From Tubiluchus corallicola (taxonomy: Eukaryota; Animalia; Priapulida): a stretch of DNA of 64,000 bases. The translations under genes were made by a program, and so were the position numbers. Positions 48,801-60,800 of the stretch are shown here, piece after piece; within the stretch, counting starts at the first letter, position 1; every line of letters begins with the position of its first letter. The stretch is from NCBI GenBank assembly GCA_030141605.1, contig JAQGDQ010000206.1, positions 248,001-312,000 of the forward strand, in the 5' to 3' direction. The notes beneath the pieces were generated by a model. The model had not been told where the DNA came from and did no database searches. It saw only the letters and a program-made list of their open reading frames with translations.

Positions 48801-51800
48801 AGTAATACAACTTTGCACGGACAGTTTTTTGGGGCATAGTTTCTTTGCCTGATTTACTTTGTGCACATATGACGGCATGTAATGGATATATCATATTTTT
48901 ATGCATATATTGTACTCACATTAATATGAAAACAAACAAAAAAAAATTCTTTCATTGCGAGTACGATATACGTATAAAAATGCTTTAAAGTAATATAATT
49001 TTTTAAGGTGATTTTTCTGAAACTTACTGCAGGTATCTCTTTTCTTGTCCTTATTGTTATAAACACATAAAATGGACATTTGAGACTGGCAAAGAAACTG
49101 GGAAAGAACAACAATTACAGACGACACTTTCTATAGACTGTAGGGAAATGACTGAACTGATGGTGGTACAAATTCCCAATTAATTAAATTCTGATACCAA
49201 ACGTAAAAGACAAAACCTCTGATTACAAGGAAAACACCTTTGACCAACCGACCACCATATTCCCTAGTGGTCAAGGCAGTCAAACGTACATCCCTTACAG
49301 CCGGTCAGCCAGATTCTGCATTTCCGATGTTAGATCGCTCAAGCTGGAATAATTTTAATTAGACTAATTGTTTTAAATTTTCATTAATTAATCTAAATAA
49401 TTCGTTAGAATCACTCTAGTGCGAGAGATCTAACTTTGCAAATTTGGACTGTCTTGATCATAGGGGAATACGGTGGCCTTATTGTCTAAGGTGTCTACCT
49501 TTTAAGCACAATGTCAAGGGCTTCAAGTTCAAATCCAGACTGTTTTCCAACTTTTTCATGTTTCCTGTCTTTCAGCGACAAAACAAAAATCGAAACTTGA
49601 TTAACCCTTTCAGTCCCGACTTTTTTAAAAACACAACAAAAGCAAAAAATGTGCTTCATTTTGCAACAGCTGATAATTTTTTAAAGTATTTAAGACATTT
49701 AGTATGCATGCTATGCTGATCTGTACAAAGTCGTCTCTAAAGTACTGTACCTTGCGCAGTTTTTTATGCTATGTAGATTTTCTAGTTTGCCATTTTATCA
49801 CCATTTTTAGTCTATTGTTATTGGCTTAAATCAAAATAACTATTAACAGATCAAATAAACGTCTGTTTTAAAATTTTATTAATTTTAAAGGCAGAAAATA
49901 TTCTCGTATCCCACGGGATACAACGGGTATGAAAGGGTTAATCAAATTTAATTAATTGTGGGCTGATGCAAGGAATAATACATAAAGGATAAAAAAAAAT
50001 CACATTTATTAAAGGAAAACAGGACGACTTTTCACATCCTACCCCAGACTGAAGTATGGTAAAAAGTATACATTTTAACGCCTATGATAATGAAAAAGCA
50101 TTTTAGCAATTAAATTATGGGTTAAAAACTTAATTAATGGCGGTCGAGGCCAACTTGTGATGACATCACAATTGAACATAATTTTCAACAGCAAAAATAT
50201 TCCAAGAGTGTTTTGCGAAAGCGAAAATTGAATTACAGTGCTACTAACATTCAATGTAATATATAAAAATTCAGCAAATTTTAAGCTTAAAACTTCATGT
50301 TTACCGATGTGCTCACGCATGAGCTCTTGGACGTGTGCACTACATCACAACTGAACCACATCTGAACTGAGAGAAACGACACCTGATTTTGTGCAATGCA
50401 TTTCCAAGATGCAAGCGCTGGTGCCCATCTAAATAACTAAGCAATAGAACTTGCACGTCTGAATACGCCATTACTATCGGAGAAGGTGGTAGCTCGGAGC
50501 AAGTTTTGCTCTCTAGTACGAACACACTTGCGAGTTACTTGACGAAAAAACTCCCTAGTCTGATCGGTGCAAATTATAGAATGTGGTGCACCAGGACTGC
50601 AAGTAACTGTAGTAACAGCCCTTGCTTTGACGGAATCCATTGTTCACAAATAGAATGGATTGTATCACTCAAAAAATCTGTTAGAATGACTTAAGATGTT
50701 TCAAAAGACTCTGATCTTCCTGTTTATCCTCGGACTGGTCACAGTCCAGCTGTATGTGCTTTGGGTTTATCCTGTCTTATTTCTTTGTATCCTGATCGCG
50801 GACGTGTTGTTCTACTCAATCTGCCTGTTCGTACGTGTACTAGCACCGCTACTTTAGCCTGTGAGATGTGGAAATTTTTTTTTACCTATGTTCTTTTGTG
50901 GATTAATGTAAGTTTGGACGTATAGACAAGAAAATGACCATTCGGTAAAGTCTTCGTCTTTCTATCTATTTATTCTTATGGTTATTTTCTGTTGCATCCA
51001 CTACTGTGCGACATTTACACAAAGTGAACAAATTCTGACTGATCCTGTTGAAAAACTAACTTTACTTCATCGTTCTGAAGAAACTAAATGCTATTCGGGA
51101 ACACGCCTTTATCCTAAACAAATAAGCAGGCACTAATCGACTTGCAGTAAACAGCAATACCTGAACCAGAAGAGACTCTGTTGCCATGGCGATACAACAC
51201 GGCTGCCATCATGCTTCATAGAAGTGTTCGTGATGACGTAATCTCTTTTGCACAAGGCATTTGGAAACTTCGTGGTTGGTTTATCCATTTTATCACAGAC
51301 TTGTGGTAGAATGTCCGAGTTAATCATTTTTTACTGTTTACTTCTACTACTAGTCCTGCTAGCTCATGTACCAGTGATGCGGAAGCATCCTAAAATTTTA
51401 ATCGTATTTGTAATCTTTTGCTCTTCTTTCATATACTTCATATTGTTAAGCCACAGATACATCTTTTCTATAGAAGAAGAATAAATTCAAGACATGATAA
51501 GAAAGTTAGTTCTGAACGTTTGCTGATTATGAAAAAAGTACGGGACGCGAAGACCCGAAATTCGTCATCAAAGTGCAACAGATAGGAACGATGTTCAAGA
51601 GAGACAAAAGGCAAAAGAGCTTACTTACTGTTCAGACTATGCTAGCCACAGTGTAGCAGTAGATTCGAACACGGGCCACACGCACAAACGGCACAACTGT
51701 CGATCGCAATAACCACTCGGGTTACTGCACAGTTGCACCAATAAAAAGAAATTTAAGGCGTGGGGAAAATTGTCACCACTAGCTTCGGTTCTTATAGTCA

Positions 51801-54800
51801 ACGTCGTTTGGACTCTCACAGATTGCAGTTATGGAAAGACTACCAAAACTCGTTGCAAGTTTAATAAAACCTTTGCATTCATGTAACTTTGGTACTGGCG
51901 GTGTTTTGTAGACAAAGTGTACATTGTAGTACGTTTGGCTCTTGGTCTCAATAAGCCTTTTCACAGTTTCACGATTGATCATGATTGTGAAAAGGTCAAA
52001 GGTTACGTGTACCAGACAACACATTTGTGTATACTTGACAACACCTTGCAGCCCATGCTACTAAAACAGTAACAGTTTTAACACTCAACTAAAACTTTAC
52101 CTACTTCATTTTTTCTTGCTCCTAAGTAAGGTCCTGATAGTAAATCACTGTACACACAGCCTAATACATAATTAAGTAAAGTCCATGTAAAACAAATGAA
52201 CTTACTGAATGGAGCAGCAGATGACTTTGCTTTATGCAGCAAGATCCTACTAGTAAACCACTCTACACACAGATTGATGCATAATTAAGTAAAGTCCATG
52301 TAAAACAACTGAGCTTACTAAATGGAGCAGCAGATGACTTTGCTTTACCCAGCAAGATCCTGCTAGTAAACCACTCTACACACAGACTGATGCATAATTA
52401 AATAAAGTCGATGTAAAACAACTGAGCTTACTAAATGGAGCAGCAGATGACTTTGCTTTACCCAGCAAGATCCTGCTAGTAAACCGCTCTACACACAGAC
52501 TGATGCATAATTAAATAAAGTCCACATAAAATAACTGAAGTTACTGAACTGATCCTTTGGGTTACCCACATGTCACGTGACGATTGTGGTTAAGACGCGT
52601 TGCTGTGGTATGCTTAACCTTTGACGTACAGCAACTGTGCTTGCGCACAATGAAACTATGAAAAAGCTTATTTAAAGTCTATATGCAGAAGGTCTGGACC
52701 ATATTGCATCCTATCTGAATTCTTCTGCACTGTGAACTGGAAAAGAGTTAACAATTTTCATTCTGACCTGCTTTAATCCTTTGCTAAACCTACAAAGATG
52801 CAAACAGGAAACCTTTAAAACTTTGTCCATTTTTGCTAAACAAACGAACCTTATCACGGCAAAATCTTTCAGCCTTTTTCAAACATTTTAAGTTTGAATA
52901 CCAGAAACTGCCGACTTGTTTTCATGCTGAATTACATTCTTAGATACACCACATCTGTTTAAACAGTCAGTTTTCCTTTACGCTTCTTATACGTGGAATT
53001 CTTTGAAGGGAAACCCGATCCAAACTTAAAATATAACTCAAAACAATCTGCTGAAAATAAATAAAGTTTATATATAAAACAATCTACCTTATAAAATAGT
53101 GAAAGGGAACATGATATTTTTTCAAGAATAGTTTACATTAAGTTTAAATTATTAAAACAGAGACACAGTATCGCAATTTGCGTGCTATTCGCTATTTAGA
53201 TATATATTCGCTCTATAGTTGGTTTCTGGCTAATCGAAAGTTAAATATTATTGCTAGCAGCCGATGACTGCGTAGTCGTGAATGGAGCGATTAATATTTT
53301 TCTGTTAAAGTTTGGCTATGCGTTACCGCATGGATGCTGCTTTGGTTTAGCAGTTTAGATGCGAAATTGTGAATAGATCTAGCAGTTTCTGCTTGCTTTA
53401 TTAGTTCCTTATTCTTAGAGAAACTACGATTTGCCAGTTTTCACAGATTAGCTGAATTTTGCTCATTATTAAAGCAAAACCGGACCCAATCTTAAACTGT
53501 GAGTCAAAACAATCTACTCTTTAAAATACTGAAAGGAAAAACACTATTTTTTCAAAATTGAATTACGTGACAGAATTGTTACCATACAAACGTAATTTCA
53601 CATTTGCGCCACTTTTTTCACTGTTACATGAATTTCGCCATTCGCTAGTTAGATCTGCACTACCACCTGCATCTCGAAACTAATTTGCACCGAAAAATAG
53701 GTTCAGTACGTCTCAGTTCAGAGGTGTTCAGATGTGATGTAGTGCACACGTTCGAGAGGCTCACACATGAGCAGTAAACTTAAAATTAGAATTTTAAACT
53801 TAAATTTGTAGACGCATATCATACTCAATGTTGTACATCTTGTACGGTTGCACTGTACTTCAATCTTTGCTTTTGCAAATGCGTGCAACACGCTCATGAA
53901 ATGTTTGTGCTGTTGAAAATTATGTTCAGCTGTGATGACATCACTAGTTGGTTTCGCTTGCCGTTAATTAAGTTTCTCTAAGAAAATGCTTTGGCATTAT
54001 TATAAGTGTTAAAATGTTTAGTTTTGATGTACTTAAAAATAGGGAGGATATGAGAAAGCATCCTGTTTATCTTTAAGAGAAAATTGCCTGCTGAAAACTA
54101 CAATCTCCCCTGATTCGAGAAGAGACTCAACAGTATGATGTCACTAGAAAATTCGATATAAAATAGATTCGATTTGTGAAATTCCATTTCTCTATAAAGC
54201 CAACTTCGGGTATAAGGTACTCTCTTATAAAGGACCATCAACACCGGTCCCGATTTTTCGTAATGTTTTTCCTATGTAAAAAATTTTCCTATATAAGGTA
54301 CTCGGATATAAGGGACTTTCGGTTATAAGGGACGATATCTTCAAGTCCCGCCTAATAGAAACCCAGGTAAATTACCTCGCATATAAGGGATCCTATGATC
54401 AAATCAAAGTTGATCGATTTTTAACCTCAATTTTTCGCAAACTCGGCCTTCGCACAGCTCGGTTTCCGCGGTCACATACATCTTGCATCACTGAAGGAGC
54501 TTCCTACATACCGTTTCCACTGAATGTGTAGCAAATAATCCATAAAAATATAGGTAAAAGTACAGCTCTAGGTACACCCTAGGTCTTACTCAACTTCGGA
54601 TATAAGGGACGTTTTTTTCCAGTCCCGAGGTGTCCCTTATATCGGAGGTTGACTGTACTTCACTGTTTAAATCTTCACTTTTTTACTGTAGCCCATTGTA
54701 CTGAATATCTGCCAGCCTTGCTTGTGACAACTCGTAGACAAAAACAGAATTGATTTGCACATTCGCTAAAGAAAAAAGGTAACATCATCTCACCTGCAGC

Positions 54801-57800
54801 TTTCTGCGTGATGTGATATCTGCTATTTGCTCGTCGCGTTCTTTCTCGAACAGCTTAGCTTTCAGAATCTTCATTGCTCGCTCTTTGTTCTGAATCTGAG
54901 ATCGTTCCACCTGGCATTCCACTGCAATACCTGAAACCAACGACAACATTATTACATAATGCACTCGTGTCTCGGTTTGCCAGACAAAAGTGGGGAGACA
55001 TCGGTACGAATTTGCTAATTGTCAGTATTTTCCGATACTAAGCTAATATAGTAGGTGCCGTGTATTAGATTCACGGTAATGTAGAACCAATTGCCTAATT
55101 GTATCAAAAATGTCTAGTACAGGCCGTTCCTATGCAAAAGTGCATAAAAACTGTCAGCAACTGACTAAAATAACTCCACATAATTGACTTTAAACCACTT
55201 ACACACGCCGATTAAACCACTAAACACGCTGACATACAAGCTACACACAGTCCTTAGATGCTGCTTGGATATAAACAAAGTGGTGGCCCGCCAACTAGTG
55301 GTCAGCTCGCGAAATAACACACTGTGTCCATAGTATGCGGGGCTTTCTACGGGCCAGATTTTGTCTGAACTTTCCGATTCCGAATTTTCCGTAAACGCGC
55401 GTTCCAGCAAACCGACATATAAGTGTATACCCACTGTATAAGTTTTCTTTTTGTAATCGCAAACACGAATGGTTTCCTTGTTCAACGTTTTATTTCCAGG
55501 GCTAGTAGTGGGATTGTGACCTAGTGCGCATGTTCGAGAGGCTCAGCAGTAAAATTACGCATGGATGTGCTAGACAAACATTTTAACCACACATTTCCAA
55601 TTAGTCGATATTTTGGCAGCCAGCCACTGTGCTCTTCGTCATTATGAAAATTTCTGCTGCTGCTCAAAGGAAAGGACAAGTCACTTAGCGTGTCGGGTTT
55701 ATTTTACTGTTATCATTTAAACTGTTTGTGGTGTGTTAATGGAAAGGACATGTCACTTAGCATGTCGGGTTTATTTTACTGTTATCATTTAAACTGTTTG
55801 TGGTGTGTTAATGGAAAGGACATGTCACTTAGCATGTTGAGTTTATTTTACTGTTATCATTCAAACTGTTTGTGGTGTGTTAAAGGAAAGGACAAGTCAC
55901 TTAGCATGTTGTGTTTATTTTACTGTTATCATTCAAACTGTTTGTGGTGTGTTAAAGGAAAGAACAAGTCACTTAGCATGTCGGGTTTATTTTACCGTTA
56001 TAACTTAAACTGTTTGTGGTGTGCTAAAGGAAAGGACAAGTCACTTAGCATGTCGGGTTTATTTATTTTACCGTTATCACTTAAACTGTTTGTGGTGTGC
56101 TAAAGGAAAGGGCAAGTCACTCAGCATGTTGGGTTTATTTTACCGTTATCACTTAAACTGTTTGTGGTGTGCTAAAGGAAAGAACAAGTCACTAAGCATG
56201 TTGGGTTTATTTTACTGTTATCACTTCAACTGTTTGTGGTGTGCTAAAGGAAAGGACAAGTCACTTAGCATGTTGGGTTTATTTATTTGACCACTATCAC
56301 TTAAACTGTTTGTGGTGTGCTAAAGGAAAGGACAAGTCACTAAGCATGTTGGGTTTATTTTACTGCTATCATTTAAACTGTTTGTGGTGTGTTAAAGGAA
56401 AGAACAAGTCACTCGGTATGGTGGGCTTATTTTACTGTTATCACTTAAACTGTTTGTGGTGTTCTAGAGGAAAAGACAAGTCACTTAGCATGTCGGGTTT
56501 ATTTTACTGCTATCATTTAAACTGTTTGTGGTGTGTTAAAGGAAAGACCAAGTCACTCGGTATGGTGGGCTTATTTTACTATTATCACTTAAACTGTTTG
56601 TGGTGTTCTAGAGGAAAAGACAAGTCACTTAGCATGTTGAATTCATTTTACTCATCACTGAAACATAGAAATATATAACAAAAAAAAATGCAAAGACATA
56701 TCTATAAGACATGAAGTTAATTTATACTACTGCTGTATAGACATTTTCGAGCAAGCTCGTAATCACTATTCACTTGAAAATTATGATATAATAGATTTTT
56801 CGCAAGTGCATCGTCCCTTTCCATTAATGTGTGCTGCTTAAACTAATTCAGACTTCTGCAACTTAGCCCACTGTTCATGCAATAATATCTCAGAATCAGT
56901 TATCTAATTTTTTGTAAAAAGTTTTTAAAAAAGACGAACACATTTGCATTCGCTACAGCCATTTACCTGTGGGTAGGTGCACAATCCGTACGCAACTGTC
57001 CGTTACGTTAACACTCTGTCCCCCCTTGCCGCTTGACCTCATGTATTCAAACTTTAAGTCCTTGTTATTGAGAACGATGTCAATCTAAAAAAAACAAAAC
57101 ATTCTGATTATCTTGCTGACTAAAAAGTTCGTTCGGAAAATCGTGGCACGCTTGCTAACTTGCTACCGCTCCTTCAAGCGCTTCCTGGATAAATGTACGC
57201 GTATTTGAAGATGCAGGAAAATACTAGGGAGTTACCCGGACTCGTCGAGTTACCTGTCGAGTTATTTGGACTCACTTAGAATGTTGAATGAAAACCCTGT
57301 AGATGTTGATAAGCAAGCTAGTGTTCAAAGATTTGGAATATCTGATCGCAGTAGACCAAACGTTTTACTCTGCGTAAATCCATAACTCATATTAACCCGC
57401 TATATGTAAGTAAGTAAGTTATTTTATTTCGAACACGAAGTTCATAAAACATATTTAAAATAAAAAATTAAAATTTACAAAGGTTATAAGATAAAATTAA
57501 CAGAATAAATGTGTACATAATTAGAAATGTTATTTAAAATCCAGCGAATCACCTGTACAATGTCAATCGCCAAAAGTTATGTAATTTTGAAGTACAGTCA
57601 TACCTGTGTTTTCGACCATAATTCGTTTCTAAAAAGTGTTTGAAAACCGATTTGGTTGAGTACCGAATCATTTATTCCCATAAGAAATAATGTAAAAGCA
57701 AATAAGCCGTTCTCAAGCACCAAATGAACTGTAAAGTATTACTAAAACGAAATATAATAATGCAAAAATATTTGTTCAAACAGTAGATATGATAAGAAAT

Positions 57801-60800
57801 TGATAAGAAAAACATAATAGAATTACTTAGAAAGAAAAACATAAAAACATAACGAACAGATTAACATACCTCATCAGGCTGGGGCAAGACGGCAACGGTT
57901 GCAGTGCTGGTGTGAACACGACCATATTTTTCGGTCTTGGGCACCCTTTGCACCCTGTGTACCCCACCTTCGAACTTTAGATATCTATAGACTCCGACGC
58001 CGCTGATGCTAGCACTAGCATGTCGAATACCACCTAAAAGAAGGAAATAATCTTAAAGCGAAACCGAACCCAATCTCTAACTGTAGATCAAAACAATCTA
58101 CCTTTTAAAATATTGAAAGGAAACATACTGTTTTTTCAAAAATGACTTCCGCAAAAGAATTATTACCACACAAACAATTTCGGATTCGCGCCACTAGTTC
58201 TTTGCTGTTACATTCATTTCGCCATTTGCTACTTAGATGGGCACTAGCACCTGCATCTTGGAAACACAATGCACAAACAACAGGTGCTGTACCTCTCAGT
58301 TCACATGTGTTAGTTTGTGACAAACTACACATGATCGACAGCTTATGCGTGAACAGCGGTAAATTTGAAATTTTAATTTTCATCTTAAAACTCGCCTAGT
58401 TTTAGTACAACACGCTGAACATCTTACAGTAGCACTATACTTCAAGTTTCCCTTTTGCAAACATGTGTAACATGTCTGTGGCATATTTTTGCCGTTGAAA
58501 ATTAGGTTAGTTTGTGATGTCATCAATAGGTGGGCTCGCCCGCCGTTATCAGAATTTAATTAATTCTAATTCTAATTCTAATCCTATTATTTAATTATCA
58601 GAAACGCTCTTACAGTATTATTGGCATTAAAATGTATACTTTTTAAAATTCTTGAGAATGGTGTAGTATATGAAAAATCATCCTGTCTGCCTTTAAATTA
58701 TGGTATATTACAATAATTATCGTAAAAAAGGCAACATTGGACATCGTCCATCACTAGCTATCGCAGTATTAAAAATGTAGATTAAACAGCTTTTGAAAGA
58801 ATTAGGGTGCTTCATTTAAAGTACATAATATGTAATATTAATATACAGTGTTCCCTCACTTATCGCGGGTGTTCCGTTCCAGGCCCACCCGTGATAAGTG
58901 AATGTCTGCAAAGTAGGGACGCTATACTTATTTCAGTAGTCATACATTCTTTTAAGTCTTTATAAGTCTGCATCAATCAACCAATCGTGTGTTGTGCACA
59001 ATCTCACGTCGGCAAGTAGCGTCTCAAGTGTGCGCAAGTACTACATTTCGTTTTTGGTGTGTATTCATCCGCCGAATAAATACACTATTTACTGCAAATA
59101 TATATATTACTGTACAATACGTACTACGCATGTGCAAAAATACTTTAGACGGAGTACTGCAAAAACCCGTGAAACAGCGAGTCCGCGATAAACGAACCGC
59201 GAAGTAGCGAGGGAACACTGTAATACGTAACATTGAATAACAACACAGATTTAGTGATCAAAACAATACGTACTTACACACAGCTCACGTATCACCACTA
59301 ACTTAAAATGATAAAACATTACACAGCTTATAATTCTTTGCAATTGGAATTGCAAGAAAATTCGGTTCAGTTTCGGTGAAGTATTCGACTGCAACGGTTC
59401 TGTATTCCGATTTAGTTTGATATTTTAGTCAGAATATGATTCGGCAGCACAGCTGATCATTCAGTTAAGCTTCAGTTTGGTGGTACCTAAGCACAAAAAA
59501 TTGCCTTCGACGCACCCCTGGGTTCCACACCTCTTATGGCGAGTTCAGATAGATGGTTACAGGTGCCCGTCACTCAACCACCTCCTTTCTCCAACACATG
59601 ACCAAGCACTTAAATAAGACAGAGGATGCCTAGGCAGATATTCAGAATAGGATTGGACTATTTGAGCAGAACACGTGAATGGGAATCGAACACAGAACCC
59701 CTGGATCGGCAACCGTGTACCATGCCCTTGCAAAACACGGCACGTACCTAACTCGGTCGTTGCGTAACTGTACACATCAAACGCCCAACCCATGTTTGCG
59801 GACATCTGTTCGTACATGGAGAAAATATCTCTGGCGAACAACATAGCCTCTTGACCGCCGACGCCGCTGGTCACTTCTAGAATGATGTCGTTGTCGTCCA
59901 GCGGTTCTTCGGGGATGAGCAAATCTAAAACCTAAGGAATCAACATTATTCGCACAATTATCAGACCTTCAGTAAAAGTTTTCGTTACGTTGTTTGTCGA
60001 CCAAAAGTTAATTTACGAGTCAATTCAATGAAATGTTCATTATCCACAAATGAAGCATTTATACGCACCTAGTTCAAAACCACGTAAACAAAACTGCGAA
60101 ACATCATGAAATTCTGCATTAAGATGAGGTAAACAGCCAAGCGGTCACAGTGCATCCTTCACTCCCGACGTTAAACAACACTGCTGCTGGTCAGTGAATG
60201 CGGAGGGGGGAACCGCCCGAGATCAACACTAGCTTTGGGCGGTTTTATTTGCTATACTGAGTCTAGCTGCTTACTTCACGAAAGAAGGATGTATCTCCAT
60301 CCATTGTGGTTAACACACATCTGCTGGTTTAGTGGCTCACAAAAGAGGATTCCTCTTGCTAATCATTCCAAGTTCCATTCCTGCCTCAAACATTATCATT
60401 TGAACAGGTTCAACTCAATTCAAATTTATTGCCTGATACAATGAGATGGAAGTTTTTACTAAATAAGACCATCGGACACCTGGCAGTCAGCTTTTAGTAA
60501 TGAAGGAATACTGGCGATGGAATTAGAAAATGGTGTTAGTAGCATTTGGATAGAGACAAATTGAACACTTTTTTATCAGAAGATACAGTTACTGATTTTA
60601 ATTAAGTTACATAGAAGGCTAAATGGTTTCATATCTGATGTAGCTACCTGATTTTCTAGAGAGGACACATCTCTCAAGCATTCGTCCTGCTCTTGCTTGG
60701 CTGTTTTGACCAGACTATACTCTTCCTTCTTGCTCATACTGAGATCTGAAATTACAGAACTTAACATTTCAATTCACTCCGAAGTCAATATCGTATGAAA

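Noticed and set aside
55690-56678. Cys/His-rich repeat ORFs ([15 protein letters not shown]) as zinc-finger or metallothionein-like proteins; the same at 10345-10758
   Set aside because: They are translations of the 72-bp transposon-end satellite, broken by frameshifts and antisense within an MTRF1L intron.
56967-57084. Unusual release-factor specificity suggested by [10 protein letters not shown] instead of ASGAGGQHVN
   Set aside because: The catalytic GGQ and the RF1-type PKT motif are intact, and GGQSVN occurs in other class-1 release factors; nothing indicates altered stop-codon recognition.
41765-59745. tRNA genes at about 41765-41832, 49462-49545, 51650-51730 and 59680-59745
   Set aside because: Only A/B-box-like motifs are present; I could not fold acceptor and anticodon stems, so they are treated as SINE heads.
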